This document shows, piece by piece, positions 30,218 through 39,887 of a stretch of 64,000 nucleotides of DNA. The DNA is taken from positions 37,229 to 101,228 of the forward strand of contig JBBIPZ010000001.1 in assembly GCA_037442505.1 (NCBI GenBank). The letters are read 5' to 3'. A program made the position numbers and the translations under genes. The notes under the pieces were generated by a model. It was not told the origin of the DNA and did not search any database. It saw only the letters and a program-made list of their open reading frames with translations. Every line of letters begins with the position of its first letter. Within the stretch, counting starts at the first letter, position 1. The stretch comes from Deltaproteobacteria bacterium. Its GTDB lineage: Bacteria > CALINM01.

Positions 30218-31066
30218 CTATCTCTCAAAGTTAGATGCAACCCTGTAACCAGAATACAATATCAAGACTGCACCAAGGATTGTCCTAATTGTAATTGATT
30301 CTTTAAAAAAAAGCCAACCCCAAAAAATTGTGCCTACAGGTTCCACATAACCAATAATAGCTACTCTTGTCCCCTCAATTTCGCTTAATGATGTGATATA
30401 AAAGAACGAAGCTACAACAGAATACATAAAAGATAATAAAAAAAGCGTAGAATAAAGCTGGAGTGAACCATTAAAGTTTATACCTTTATAAAAGAGAATG
30501 AGCCAGAAAGTTCCAAATAAATTTTGAAAAAATAAAACAGCAAACTCTTCAACATCCTGTAACAGCTTTTTGGCTGTGACAATTATCAATGCATAAAACA
30601 GTCCAGACGCCAATCCCAAAAAAGTACCAAATAAGAAGTCGTGGGAGATATCAGTTTTTTTAAAAAATATAATAAAAAAGCCAATTAGTGAAAGTATTAG
30701 TGAAAAAACTTTATCTTTAGTAATCTTTTCTTTTAAAACAAATGGAGCGATAAAGGCAACAAATATAGGGGCTGTATAATGTGTTAGCACTGCAATTGCT
30801 GCATCTGTAAACTTTAGTGCACCTAAATAAGTAGCCATGTTTAATACAAAGAAGATAGAAAGAATTATCAGTCCAATAATTTTTTTACGTTCAAAAGTTT
30901 TTTTCCTTTTTTTTAATAAATAAAAAATCCCCCAGAAAAATGCAGCAAAAAGCGTGATAAAAAAAGAAACGGTAATGGCATTTTCGCCTAAGAGTCTAAC
31001 AGGAATTAACCACGAGCTCCATATGGTAAACGATATAAACAGGTGTCGGAAACTTCTGTTAAGCAT
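30218..31066 (-). CDS. EamA/DMT-superfamily transporter
   Basis: 282 aa polytopic membrane protein with the EamA duplicated five-helix pattern. Confidence 0.65.
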   Translation of the reverse strand: MLNRSFRHLFISFTIWSSWLIPVRLLGENAITVSFFITLFAAFFWGIFYLLKKRKKTFERKKIIGLIILSIFFVLNMATYLGALKFTDAAIAVLTHYTAPIFVAFIAPFVLKEKITKDKVFSLILSLIGFFIIFFKKTDISHDFLFGTFLGLASGLFYALIIVTAKKLLQDVEEFAVLFFQNLFGTFWLILFYKGINFNGSLQLYSTLFLLSFMYSVVASFFYITSLSEIEGTRVAIIGYVEPVGTIFWGWLFFKESITIRTILGAVLILYSGYRVASNFER

Positions 31067-31076
31067 TTACTAACGT

Positions 31077-31826
31077 CTATTTATCTTCCAGCCCTTTAGT
31101 GAATGCTTTTAGCAGCTCAACGGGGATCGGAAAAACAATCGTAGAGTTTTTTTCAGTTGCTATTTCAGAAAGTGTTTGTAGATATCTTAACTGAATCGTT
31201 ATAGGATTAGCTGACATTATTCTGGATGCCTCTGAAAGCATATTAGCTGCCTGAAGTTCACCTTCCGCATTAATCACCTTGGCGCGTCTTTCTCTTTCTG
31301 CCTCTGCCTGACGAGCCATAGCCCTTTGCATCTCCTGTGGCAGATCTATCTGTTTAAGTTCTACCTTACTTACTTTAACGCCCCATGGTTCTGTGTCTTT
31401 GTCTAAAATCTCCTGTATCTCTTCGTTAATTTTCTCTCTTTCAGAAAGTAACTTATCCATTTCTGCCTGTCCACATACGCTTCTTAAAGTTGTTTGTGCA
31501 AGCTGAGATGTAGCATAAAAAAAGTTTTCAACACTAAGAATCGCTTTAACAGGGTCAACTACGCGAAAATAAACGACAGCGTTTACTTTAACGGAAATAT
31601 TGTCGTGAGTTATTACATCCTGTGTAGGGACATCAAGCGTCACTGTTCTAAGACTAATTTTGACCATTCTATCAATGTTGAAGGGCAACAGAAAAACTAT
31701 TCCGGGTCCTTTGCTGCCTATGCATCTACCAAGCCTGAATACGATGCCTCTTTCGTATTCTGGAAGAATACGTATCATGCTTGCAATGAAAATAATCACA
31801 ATAAAAATCAGGACAAGGTTAAACAT
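31077..31826 (-). CDS. SPFH/band-7 (stomatin/HflC-like) membrane protein
   Basis: Start taken at the internal ATG ([10 protein letters not shown]...), which has a GGAGG RBS 6 nt upstream. N-terminal TM segment then an SPFH domain ([15 protein letters not shown]...). The 49 upstream codons in the ORF track look spurious. Confidence 0.85.
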   Translation of the reverse strand: MFNLVLIFIVIIFIASMIRILPEYERGIVFRLGRCIGSKGPGIVFLLPFNIDRMVKISLRTVTLDVPTQDVITHDNISVKVNAVVYFRVVDPVKAILSVENFFYATSQLAQTTLRSVCGQAEMDKLLSEREKINEEIQEILDKDTEPWGVKVSKVELKQIDLPQEMQRAMARQAEAERERRAKVINAEGELQAANMLSEASRIMSANPITIQLRYLQTLSEIATEKNSTIVFPIPVELLKAFTKGLEDK

Positions 31827-31971
31827 AAACAAACCTCCGTTTTTGATTATGGTATAAATATAACAGAAAACGTATAATATGTAAAACCGACCTGAAATAG
31901 TTTTTGTTTTTAATGATGAAGTTTGCCATTTTTGGTAATTTGGTATAAAATTTACAGCGAAGGTGGTAAAC

Positions 31972-32106
31972 ATGAGGCTTAAAGATTCTTTGATAGTACT
32001 ACTTTCGGTTGCTTTTGTTATATTTGCGATGTATTTTATTCAGGTTTATCTGCCAAAACATATGAAAGATACACAGGCATGTTATAACGTTTATCTGAAA
32101 AAATAA
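31972..32106 (+). CDS. possible 44-aa small hydrophobic protein ([44 protein letters not shown])
   Basis: Not in the ORF track because it is under 60 aa. AGGTGG RBS 5 nt before the ATG. Predicted single TM helix. Lies between the SPFH gene and fba. Confidence 0.3.
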   Translation: MRLKDSLIVLLSVAFVIFAMYFIQVYLPKHMKDTQACYNVYLKK

Positions 32107-32124
32107 AAAATGTAGGAGGGTTTT

Positions 32125-33123
32125 ATGCCACTTGTCCCTATGAAACAAATACTTGACGAAGCCGCAAAAGGCGGTTATGGGGTAGGAGCTTTTAATGTTA
32201 ACAATATGGAGCAGATTCAAGCGATTATGGAGGCTGCAAGAAACACACAGTCACCAGTGATAGTACAGGCGAGCAGAGGGGCATTAAAGTACTCAAATCT
32301 CATTTATCTCAAATATTTGATGGTAGCAGCGGCAGAAGAAAATCCTGATATACCTATTGCGATGCATTTAGATCATGGTAATGGTCTTGAGGTGGTAAAG
32401 CAGGCGATCGATTTAGGCTTCACATCTGTGATGATAGATGGTTCACTTTTAGAAGATGGCAAGACACCAAGTAGTTATGAATATAATTTAGAGGTAACTA
32501 AGAAGGTTGTTGATTATGCACATAAGTTTGGCGTGACAGTGGAAGCAGAACTGGGAACACTTGGTGGAATTGAAGATGGTGTCGGCTCTGGCAAAATTCA
32601 CCTTACAGATCCAGCGCAGGCAGAAGAGTTTATAAAGGAAACTGGCGTTGATGCTTTAGCGGTTGCTATAGGGACTTCTCACGGTGCATATAAATTTAAA
32701 GCAGCACCCAAGCTTGCAATAGACATTGTTAAAGAAATAAATAGAAGATGCCCCGATACGCCTCTTGTGATGCATGGATCTTCATCTGTGCCAGCAGACC
32801 TTGTTGAAATTGTAAACAAGTATGGTGGCAAAATGCCTAATGCATCTGGCGTTCCAATGGATTCGATTAAAGAGGCGATAAAGTATGGTGTAAGAAAAAT
32901 AAATGTTGATACTGATAGCAGGATTGCTGTAACAGGAGCGATCAGAAAGGTGTTTTTTGAGTCGCCAGAAAAGTTTGATCCAAGAGACTATTTAAAACCT
33001 GCCAGAGAGGCTATGGCAAAAGTAGTAGAAGGCAAAATGCGTGACTTTGGCTCTGCTGGACATGCAAAAGATTATAAACCTATGAGTCTGGATGATACGA
33101 AAAGATTTTATATGGCAAAATAG
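32125..33123 (+). CDS. fba: class II fructose-bisphosphate aldolase
   Basis: 332 aa. FBA_II motifs (GGYGVGAFNVNNMEQ, HLDHG, LAVAIGTSHGAYKF). Confidence 0.95.
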   Translation: MPLVPMKQILDEAAKGGYGVGAFNVNNMEQIQAIMEAARNTQSPVIVQASRGALKYSNLIYLKYLMVAAAEENPDIPIAMHLDHGNGLEVVKQAIDLGFTSVMIDGSLLEDGKTPSSYEYNLEVTKKVVDYAHKFGVTVEAELGTLGGIEDGVGSGKIHLTDPAQAEEFIKETGVDALAVAIGTSHGAYKFKAAPKLAIDIVKEINRRCPDTPLVMHGSSSVPADLVEIVNKYGGKMPNASGVPMDSIKEAIKYGVRKINVDTDSRIAVTGAIRKVFFESPEKFDPRDYLKPAREAMAKVVEGKMRDFGSAGHAKDYKPMSLDDTKRFYMAK

Positions 33124-33150
33124 AAAGCAAACATTTAGGGAGGTCATATT

Positions 33151-33621
33151 ATGAAAAAGGTTTTGGTAGGCTATTATAGCAAAGGTGGCAACACTGAAAA
33201 GGTTGCAGCTCTTATTGCGGAAACATTAAAATCAAAAGGTGTTGATGCGGTATTAAAAAATGTGGAGGAGATAAATATTGACGAACTGCCTTCGTTTGAT
33301 GGCTATATAATTGGTTCTCCAAACTATTTTGGTGGGATGGCTTATCCAGTAAAAAAGTTTTTCGATGAAAGTGTTAAGTATTTTAAAAAATTAGAGGGTA
33401 AATTAGGAGCCGCTTTCACATCTACGGGAATGATAGGTGGCGGTGGAGAGACTGTTCTTATCGATATTTTAAAGGCGTTTCTTATTCACGGATGTCTTGT
33501 ATTAGGTTACTGCTCTTGTGGACATTATGGTCCAGTCTCCATAGGTGCTCCAGACGACAGAATAAAACGCGAAGTTGATATAATGATTAACAAGTATGTA
33601 GAAACATTAAACAAACTGTGA
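33151..33621 (+). CDS. flavodoxin-like fold protein (NAD(P)H-dependent FMN reductase/WrbA-like)
   Basis: 156 aa. Flavodoxin-like N-terminus ([17 protein letters not shown]...[12 protein letters not shown]). Confidence 0.7.
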   Translation: MKKVLVGYYSKGGNTEKVAALIAETLKSKGVDAVLKNVEEINIDELPSFDGYIIGSPNYFGGMAYPVKKFFDESVKYFKKLEGKLGAAFTSTGMIGGGGETVLIDILKAFLIHGCLVLGYCSCGHYGPVSIGAPDDRIKREVDIMINKYVETLNKL

Positions 33622-33625
33622 GGCT

Positions 33626-34006
33626 ATGATGATTAAACTTGATTATTCTAAGGCAAACGGACTCATCCCTGCCATCATTCAGGACTATCAGACAGGCGAA
33701 GTCTTGATGCTTGCTTTTATGGATGAGAAGGCGCTTCAGCTGACCTTAGAGACCGGGAAAACCTGGTTCTACAGTAGAAGCAGAAACAAGTACTGGATGA
33801 AAGGAGAACAATCTGGTAATACACAGGAAGTTATAGAAGTTTATACAGATTGTGACTGCGACTCGGTATTGATAAAGGTAAAACAAAATGGTGGGGCTGC
33901 CTGCCATACCGGCAATAGAACATGTTTTTATATTAAATGGGAAAATGGAAGCTGGGTTGAACATTCCAATCCTGTTTTTAATCCAGATGAAGTTTACAAA
34001 AAATAA
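33626..34006 (+). CDS. hisI: phosphoribosyl-AMP cyclohydrolase
   Basis: 126 aa. HisI motifs ([20 protein letters not shown]...GGAACHTG). Confidence 0.9.
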   Translation: MMIKLDYSKANGLIPAIIQDYQTGEVLMLAFMDEKALQLTLETGKTWFYSRSRNKYWMKGEQSGNTQEVIEVYTDCDCDSVLIKVKQNGGAACHTGNRTCFYIKWENGSWVEHSNPVFNPDEVYKK

Positions 34007-34024
34007 TTATGCAAGGAGTCATTG

Positions 34025-34900
34025 ATGTCCAATCTACTTAAGTTTGGAATACCAAAAGGCAGTCTGGAAGCCGCTACAATTGAATTATTTAAAAAAGCTG
34101 GCTGGACAATTACACAAACGTCAAGAAACTACTTTCCATCAATTGATGACGAAGAGATAAAGTGCAATCTTATTAGAACACAGGAGATGAGTAAGTATGT
34201 AGAAACTGGAACTATTGATGCAGGTATAGCAGGAATGGATTGGGTGCTGGAGAACAATTCAGATGTGGTTAAAATTTGTGACCTTGTTTACTCAAAGGTA
34301 TCGAAACGTCCTACAAAATGGGTGCTTGTGGTTACTGAATCTTCACCTATTAAAACTATTGAAGATCTGAAAAACAAGACAATAGCTACAGAGCTCGTTG
34401 GTTTTACCAGAAGATACTTTGCCGAAAGAAATATACCTGTTAAAGTAGAATTTTCATGGGGAGCTACGGAGGCAAAGGTTGTGGAGGGATTATGTGATGC
34501 CATAGTGGAGGTAACAGAAACCGGTTCCACAATTAAGGCCAATGGTTTAAAAATAATAGAAACTTTAATGACATCAAATCCAGTAATTATTGCCAACAAG
34601 AAGGCATGGAATAATCGCTGGAAAAAAGAAAAGATTCAACAGATTGCAACCTTACTATCTGCCGCACTTAAAGCAGAAAACATGGTTGGTTTAAAGATGA
34701 ATGCGCCCAAAGATAAACTGCCAGAGATTGTTAAGGTGTTGCCAAGTTTAAACTATCCTACTGTGTCTAATCTTTACAACTCTGATTGGATTTCTATTGA
34801 GAGTGTGCTTAATGAAAAAGAGGTGAGACGTATTATTCCAGAGTTAATTAAGCTTGGCGCAGAAGGTATAATAGAATATCCGCTAAACAAAATAATCTAA
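34025..34900 (+). CDS. hisG: ATP phosphoribosyltransferase (long form)
   Basis: ATG lies 6 nt after an AAGGAG RBS; the ORF track started at the adjacent TTG. HisG catalytic and C-terminal regulatory domains are recognisable. Confidence 0.9.
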   Translation: MSNLLKFGIPKGSLEAATIELFKKAGWTITQTSRNYFPSIDDEEIKCNLIRTQEMSKYVETGTIDAGIAGMDWVLENNSDVVKICDLVYSKVSKRPTKWVLVVTESSPIKTIEDLKNKTIATELVGFTRRYFAERNIPVKVEFSWGATEAKVVEGLCDAIVEVTETGSTIKANGLKIIETLMTSNPVIIANKKAWNNRWKKEKIQQIATLLSAALKAENMVGLKMNAPKDKLPEIVKVLPSLNYPTVSNLYNSDWISIESVLNEKEVRRIIPELIKLGAEGIIEYPLNKII

Positions 34901-34909
34901 AGGTTGCTA

Positions 34910-36037
34910 GTGAAAAGAGTCATTTATTGTTATACTGATGAGTATGCCAATGTTAAGTTTGGAGAAGAACACCCGTTTAAGCCGTTTCGCCTAAAACTAA
35001 CGTATGAGCTTTCCAAGGCTTATGATTTATTTGATGGTGTCACGGTTGAACCGCCCATTTTTTGCCCTGAAGAAGAGCTTTTAAAGATACACGACAAACA
35101 TTATCTTTATATTCTAAAAAAATGTAATGATGGGGAAAAACTATCTGAAGTTTTTTTTTACAATCTCGACACTGCTGATAACCCAATATTTCCCGGTGTG
35201 TATGACTGGTCATCTCGTGTTTGTGGGGCATCTTTAGAAGGTGCAAAAAAAATTTGCGAAAATAAAGTTGACATTTATTTCAATATCGCTGGAGGTATGC
35301 ACCACGCTATGCCGGATAAGGCGAGCGGTTTTTGTTATCTAAATGATGCTGCTGTAGCTATAAATTATCTTGTAAATTGTGGCAAAAAGGTTGTTTATAT
35401 AGATATAGACGCCCATCATGGCGATGGTGTACAACGTTTTTTTTATGAAACTTCAAAGGTGATGACGATCTCATTGCATGAATCGGGACGATTTCTTTTC
35501 CCGGGAACAGGCTTTGAATATGAGATGGGAGAGGAGGAAGGACTTGGTTTTGCTGTGAATATTCCGTTATATCCCTACACTGATGAAGAAAACTATTTGA
35601 GGGCTTTTTTTGAAATTGTCCCCCCACTTATAACTGCTTTTGAGCCGGATGTGATAGTAACACAGTTAGGTGTTGATTGTTTTTATAATGATCCTCTGGC
35701 TACACTTAATTTGACGACAAACGCATTTGAAAAAATAGTCAAATATTTTCACTCTTTAAATATTCCCTGGTTAGCTTTGGGTGGTGGTGGGTATAACGTT
35801 GCAAATGTTGCAAGGGCATGGACGCTTTCACTTGCTATAATGTTAGATAAAGAGATTAGCGATCCAATACCGCAAAACGTTCTCCCTATCTTCGAAAAAT
35901 ATAAGGTAAAAATAAACAATTTGCGAGACGATTTTACCGTGAAAGACAATTCAATGGCAGAAAGGGTAAATAGAGAGACAAGCAGAGTAATAGAAAAGTT
36001 GAAAAAACATCTCTTTCCTTATCACCACCTTTATTAA
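34910..36037 (+). CDS. histone deacetylase-family amidohydrolase (AcuC/acetoin-utilisation-like)
   Basis: GTG start (MKRVIYCYTDEY) after an AAAGG RBS; the ORF track started at an upstream TTG. Has the family's metal-site residues (DIDAHHGDG, HHAMPDKASGFCYLND). Confidence 0.8.
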   Translation: MKRVIYCYTDEYANVKFGEEHPFKPFRLKLTYELSKAYDLFDGVTVEPPIFCPEEELLKIHDKHYLYILKKCNDGEKLSEVFFYNLDTADNPIFPGVYDWSSRVCGASLEGAKKICENKVDIYFNIAGGMHHAMPDKASGFCYLNDAAVAINYLVNCGKKVVYIDIDAHHGDGVQRFFYETSKVMTISLHESGRFLFPGTGFEYEMGEEEGLGFAVNIPLYPYTDEENYLRAFFEIVPPLITAFEPDVIVTQLGVDCFYNDPLATLNLTTNAFEKIVKYFHSLNIPWLALGGGGYNVANVARAWTLSLAIMLDKEISDPIPQNVLPIFEKYKVKINNLRDDFTVKDNSMAERVNRETSRVIEKLKKHLFPYHHLY

Positions 36038-36048
36038 AATCTATATCT

Positions 36049-37260
36049 ATGAAAAACAGAAAACAAATATTAAGCTGGTGTTTGTTTGATTTTGCAAACT
36101 CAAGCTATTCTGCTGTTATCGCTGCTGTGATATTTCCAGTGTATTTTACCAGCTACATAATAGGCAATGAAACAGGAATGGGCGATTTGTGGTGGGGAAG
36201 GGCAGTGTCTATTAGCATGGCTATTGTAGCAGTTTCCTCACCCTTTTTAGGTGGCATTGCAGACTACCTAAGGTTAAGAAAAAGGATGCTTTTTGCTTAC
36301 ACTTTGATGTCAGTTATCGCGATTTTCTGCTTTACATTTATCGAAAAAGGCATGATTTACAGAAGTGTTTTACTTGTCATACTGGCAAATATAGGCATGG
36401 AAGGCGGACTTGTTTTTTACAATGCATTTTTGCCAGTTATTGCAGATAGAAATAACTTTGGAAGGGTGTCTTCATGGGGATTTGGGATTGGGTATGCTGG
36501 TTCGATTATTTCTTTATTGGTTGCTTTAGTTATAATCAAGATGTGGCATATAAAATTTGTTTGGCTTTCTGTTGCAGTATTTTTTATGCTTTTTTCTATC
36601 CCGGCGTTTATGTATTTGCCTGCTGACAATAAAATCAATAAAGGCTTTTTTAATGTAGGGATAAATGGTTTTAAGCTAACAGTTGTAGCATTTAAAGATG
36701 TTGTTAGAAACAGAAACTTAAAATTCTTTTTACTCTCATACTTCATTTACGAAGATGGAGTGAATACAGTAATAGTGTTTTCAAGCATATTTGCCGCTAC
36801 CACACTACATTTTTCAAAAGACGAGCTGATTTTATTATACTTGTTTGTTCAAATTGTGGCGCTTTTTGGATCATTTATAATGGCAAAACCGATTGACAGC
36901 TTGGGGCCAAAACGTGTAATAAATTATTCTCTAATAATGTGGTCAACGGTTTCAATATCTTCATATTTTGTTTCAGATAAGCATAGTTTTTGGATTATAG
37001 CTGCATTTGCTGGGTTTGGACTTGGAATTATACAGGCATCAAGCAGGGCGTTGTTTTCGAAGTTTGTTCCTGAAGGCAAAGAAAACGATTATTTCGGCAT
37101 ATATTCGCTGGTTGGAAAAACTTCTGCAGTGTTGGGACCATTAGTCTTTGGGACATTATCGTCTCAAACGGGCAGTCAACGTCCAGCCGTTCTTTCGATT
37201 TCTTTATTTTTTCTTTTTGGACTTATTTTAATCAATCGTGTTAAAGAAGAGGAGCAATAA
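36049..37260 (+). CDS. MFS transporter
   Basis: 403 aa with about 12 predicted TM helices. Shows the major-facilitator pattern. Confidence 0.75.
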   Translation: MKNRKQILSWCLFDFANSSYSAVIAAVIFPVYFTSYIIGNETGMGDLWWGRAVSISMAIVAVSSPFLGGIADYLRLRKRMLFAYTLMSVIAIFCFTFIEKGMIYRSVLLVILANIGMEGGLVFYNAFLPVIADRNNFGRVSSWGFGIGYAGSIISLLVALVIIKMWHIKFVWLSVAVFFMLFSIPAFMYLPADNKINKGFFNVGINGFKLTVVAFKDVVRNRNLKFFLLSYFIYEDGVNTVIVFSSIFAATTLHFSKDELILLYLFVQIVALFGSFIMAKPIDSLGPKRVINYSLIMWSTVSISSYFVSDKHSFWIIAAFAGFGLGIIQASSRALFSKFVPEGKENDYFGIYSLVGKTSAVLGPLVFGTLSSQTGSQRPAVLSISLFFLFGLILINRVKEEEQ

Positions 37261-37264
37261 CTAT

Positions 37265-37708
37265 ATGAATGCAAAACTTTTTAGAATTTTACTCAATTTA
37301 TATCCACCATATTTAGGCACGGGTGTTTATGTAAAAAAAATCTCTGATGATTACAGGGAAGTTTTAGTAGAGATGAAACTTAAATGGTACAACCGAAACT
37401 ACGTTAATACACATTTTGGAGGCTCAATATACGCGATGACAGATCCTTTTTATATGTTGATGCTTATGCAAAATTTAGGTAAAGGTTACATAGTCTGGGA
37501 TAAGTCAGCCCATATTGAGTTTGTTAAACCCGGCAGGGGAACAATTTATGCACACTTCAAAATTTCAGAAGAACAGATTCAGGATATAATAAAAAAAACA
37601 GAAAATGGGCAGAAATACTTTCCAGAGTTTACAATAAAAGTTATGGATAGCAACAACGATGTTGTGGCAATTATAAAAAAGGTGCTGTATGTGAGAAAAA
37701 AAGTATAG
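37265..37708 (+). CDS. DUF4442-like hot-dog fold protein (putative thioesterase); tentative
   Basis: Start taken at the ATG (MNAKLF...) right after the MFS stop. Family call is by eye from a ~150-aa size and a HFGGSIYAMTDPFYMLMLM core; uncertain. Confidence 0.5.
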   Translation: MNAKLFRILLNLYPPYLGTGVYVKKISDDYREVLVEMKLKWYNRNYVNTHFGGSIYAMTDPFYMLMLMQNLGKGYIVWDKSAHIEFVKPGRGTIYAHFKISEEQIQDIIKKTENGQKYFPEFTIKVMDSNNDVVAIIKKVLYVRKKV

Positions 37709-37885
37709 CTGTAAATACAGAGTTATTAAAAATTGGATTTTATTGATAAAAAAATACAGTTTCGCTTTTCTTTGTTAAAAGGGTTAACGTAGATTTTATT
37801 TGGATTTTTCAATTAGCTCAGAATGCCACCCTCATGTCATACACAAAATCCATAAATTGCTTAATATGTCTATATATCTGGCGAC

Positions 37886-37907
37886 TTGTCAAAAAAACAC
37901 TTGACAA
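37886..37907. promoter_or_regulatory. 22-bp perfect palindrome, TTGTCAA-N8-TTGACAA, upstream of the cytochrome c/hemerythrin operon
   Basis: Perfect 7-bp inverted arms. The right arm doubles as a TTGACA -35 hexamer, followed at 18 bp by TATTAA. Confidence 0.45.
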
Positions 37908-38028
37908 AAAAGCTATTAAAGATGTATTAATTAGAACATAAATTGTCCTGTTTGAAAAAAAATTGTTTTCTGGTTTAATTTAATAAAAAACTTTGAGGTG
38001 AATATTACTAAAAACTTAGGAGGTAGAG

Positions 38029-39408
38029 ATGAAAAAAACTGTTTTATTATTTGGTATCGTTGTGTTGTTAGCAACGCAAACTTTTGCCCTTGATACGAAA
38101 GACATCAAGGGAACTTTTCCGTTTTTCCCTTCATTGCTTACAACTCAGACGGGGCAGGTTGTAAAGTCATCTGATTTTGAGTCTTCTGAAGTATGTATGG
38201 GTTGTCATCCAACGATTTACAGTCAATGGAAAGGCTCGATGCACTCAAATGCATTTAATGACCCCGTTTTTCAGGCACTATGGAATCTTGGTGAGAAAGA
38301 AGTAGGAGAAGATATAAGAAATCTCTGTGCAGGGTGTCACTCAGCTATAGGAACGGTATCACAAGAGATTAAAAAAGAAGGAAATAAATTTGTTGCAAGT
38401 GATGTTGCAATGCAAGGTGTAACTTGTGATATGTGCCATACAATTAGTGAGAGCAGGATTAATGAATCTCCTACAGGATTGCCTCAAAATGCGTCTTTTG
38501 TTATAAGTCCGGGCGATACTAAAAGAGGTCCTTATAAAGATTCTAAATCACCTTATCACAAAACGATGTATTCCGAACTACACACAAGATCAGAATTTTG
38601 TGGCAGTTGTCACAATGTATTTCACCCAGTTAGCAATTTTCATATAGAAAATACATACACAGAGTGGAAATTTTCGATTTACGCACAAAAGGGGATTCAG
38701 TGTCAGGATTGCCACATGGTACCTGTAGAAGTAGCAATTGAGACAGCAAAAACCCTTAAAAAACCAGAGAAACTACCAGGTCAGCCATGTATAACTGGTC
38801 CAAAAAGAGACTATATGTACACCCACGAATTTGTTGGTGGAAATGCCGTTATAACTAAATTAATGGGTTCAGATAAGCATTCAGAAATTGCTATAAAAAG
38901 GTTACAAAATGCTGCAGAATTAGAAGTAAAGTTTGATGATATTAAAAAAGGCAAAGTTGGTGAGCTTAAGGTGAAAGTCATTAACGAAACAGCAGGCCAT
39001 AATTTGCCAACAAGTTTAACAGAAGTAAGAGAGATGTGGCTGGAAGTTTATGTCAAAGACGAAAAAGGTAATGTAGTCTTTAAATCCGGAGCCCTTGACA
39101 AAGATGGAAATGTCGATGAATCTGCAGAATCGTTTAATGCTTCAGCAGTAGATGAAAAAGGTCATCATACTGTAAAACCATGGGAGATCTCACGCTTTGA
39201 ATATGTTAATACAATACCGCCCAAAGGTTTTAGAGCTGTTAAATATAAATTTTTAATTCCTAACAAGGCAAAAAAACTTACTGCCGAAGTTAAGCTAAAC
39301 TATCGCTCTTATCCACAGAAGGTTGCTAATGCATTGCTTGGTTCTGCTGCACCAAAAATTCCAGTCATATTAATGAAGGAAAAGAAATTAGAAGTTGCAG
39401 TTAAGTAA
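38029..39408 (+). CDS. multiheme c-type cytochrome (five CxxCH motifs) with a heme-free C-terminal domain
   Basis: Signal peptide, then CMGCH, CAGCH, CDMCH, CGSCH and CQDCH within the first ~230 aa. The C-terminal ~170 aa has no Cys motifs. RBS AGGAGG. Confidence 0.85.
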   Translation: MKKTVLLFGIVVLLATQTFALDTKDIKGTFPFFPSLLTTQTGQVVKSSDFESSEVCMGCHPTIYSQWKGSMHSNAFNDPVFQALWNLGEKEVGEDIRNLCAGCHSAIGTVSQEIKKEGNKFVASDVAMQGVTCDMCHTISESRINESPTGLPQNASFVISPGDTKRGPYKDSKSPYHKTMYSELHTRSEFCGSCHNVFHPVSNFHIENTYTEWKFSIYAQKGIQCQDCHMVPVEVAIETAKTLKKPEKLPGQPCITGPKRDYMYTHEFVGGNAVITKLMGSDKHSEIAIKRLQNAAELEVKFDDIKKGKVGELKVKVINETAGHNLPTSLTEVREMWLEVYVKDEKGNVVFKSGALDKDGNVDESAESFNASAVDEKGHHTVKPWEISRFEYVNTIPPKGFRAVKYKFLIPNKAKKLTAEVKLNYRSYPQKVANALLGSAAPKIPVILMKEKKLEVAVK

Positions 39409-39424
39409 GTTTTTTTTATAAAAT

Positions 39425-39454
39425 GGGAATGGGATTATTACTGGTCCCATTCCC
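39425..39454 (+). other. perfect 10-bp stem-loop (GGGAATGGGA-N10-TCCCATTCCC) between the cytochrome c and hemerythrin genes
   Basis: Sits between the cytochrome stop at 39408 and the hemerythrin ATG at 39469. A T8 run precedes it; no T-run follows directly. Confidence 0.6.
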
Positions 39455-39468
39455 TTAAGATACAATTT

Positions 39469-39885
39469 TTGGAGGGCTTAATGTCCTTAGAATGGAGTGA
39501 CGATTTATCAACGAACTATGTTTTAATAGATTCTCAACACAAACAACTTTTTAAAATAATCAACGAACTTCTTGATGCATGTAAAAAGGGACAGGCAAAA
39601 GCTGAAGTCATTAAGGTAGTAAATTTTCTTGAAAATTATGTTAATGAACACTTTTCAACAGAAGAGGCATTTATGGAACAGCATAACTATCCCCATATCG
39701 CCGCACATAAAAGACAACACGAAGAATTTAAAAAGAATTTAAAAAATTTTAAAAACCGTTTAAGTACTGAAGGCGTAACACTTAGTTTTTCCATCTCGCT
39801 AACTCACACCTTGGTAGAATGGCTAACAAAGCATATTAGAGTGATTGATAAAGAACTTGGCCAATTCTTGAAAAATCAAGATTAA
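39469..39885 (+). CDS. bacteriohemerythrin (hemerythrin-like metal-binding protein)
   Basis: 138 aa. H/E/D iron-ligand pattern (DSQHKQLF, HFSTEE, HKRQHEEF). RBS GGAGGG. Confidence 0.8.
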   Translation: MEGLMSLEWSDDLSTNYVLIDSQHKQLFKIINELLDACKKGQAKAEVIKVVNFLENYVNEHFSTEEAFMEQHNYPHIAAHKRQHEEFKKNLKNFKNRLSTEGVTLSFSISLTHTLVEWLTKHIRVIDKELGQFLKNQD

Positions 39886-39887
39886 TT

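Noticed and set aside
31827-31973. 49-codon N-terminal extension of the SPFH/band-7 gene
   Set aside because: The SPFH domain and its TM anchor begin at the internal Met (MFNLVLIF...), which has a GGAGG RBS. The extension overlaps the region where a + strand small ORF with its own RBS lies.
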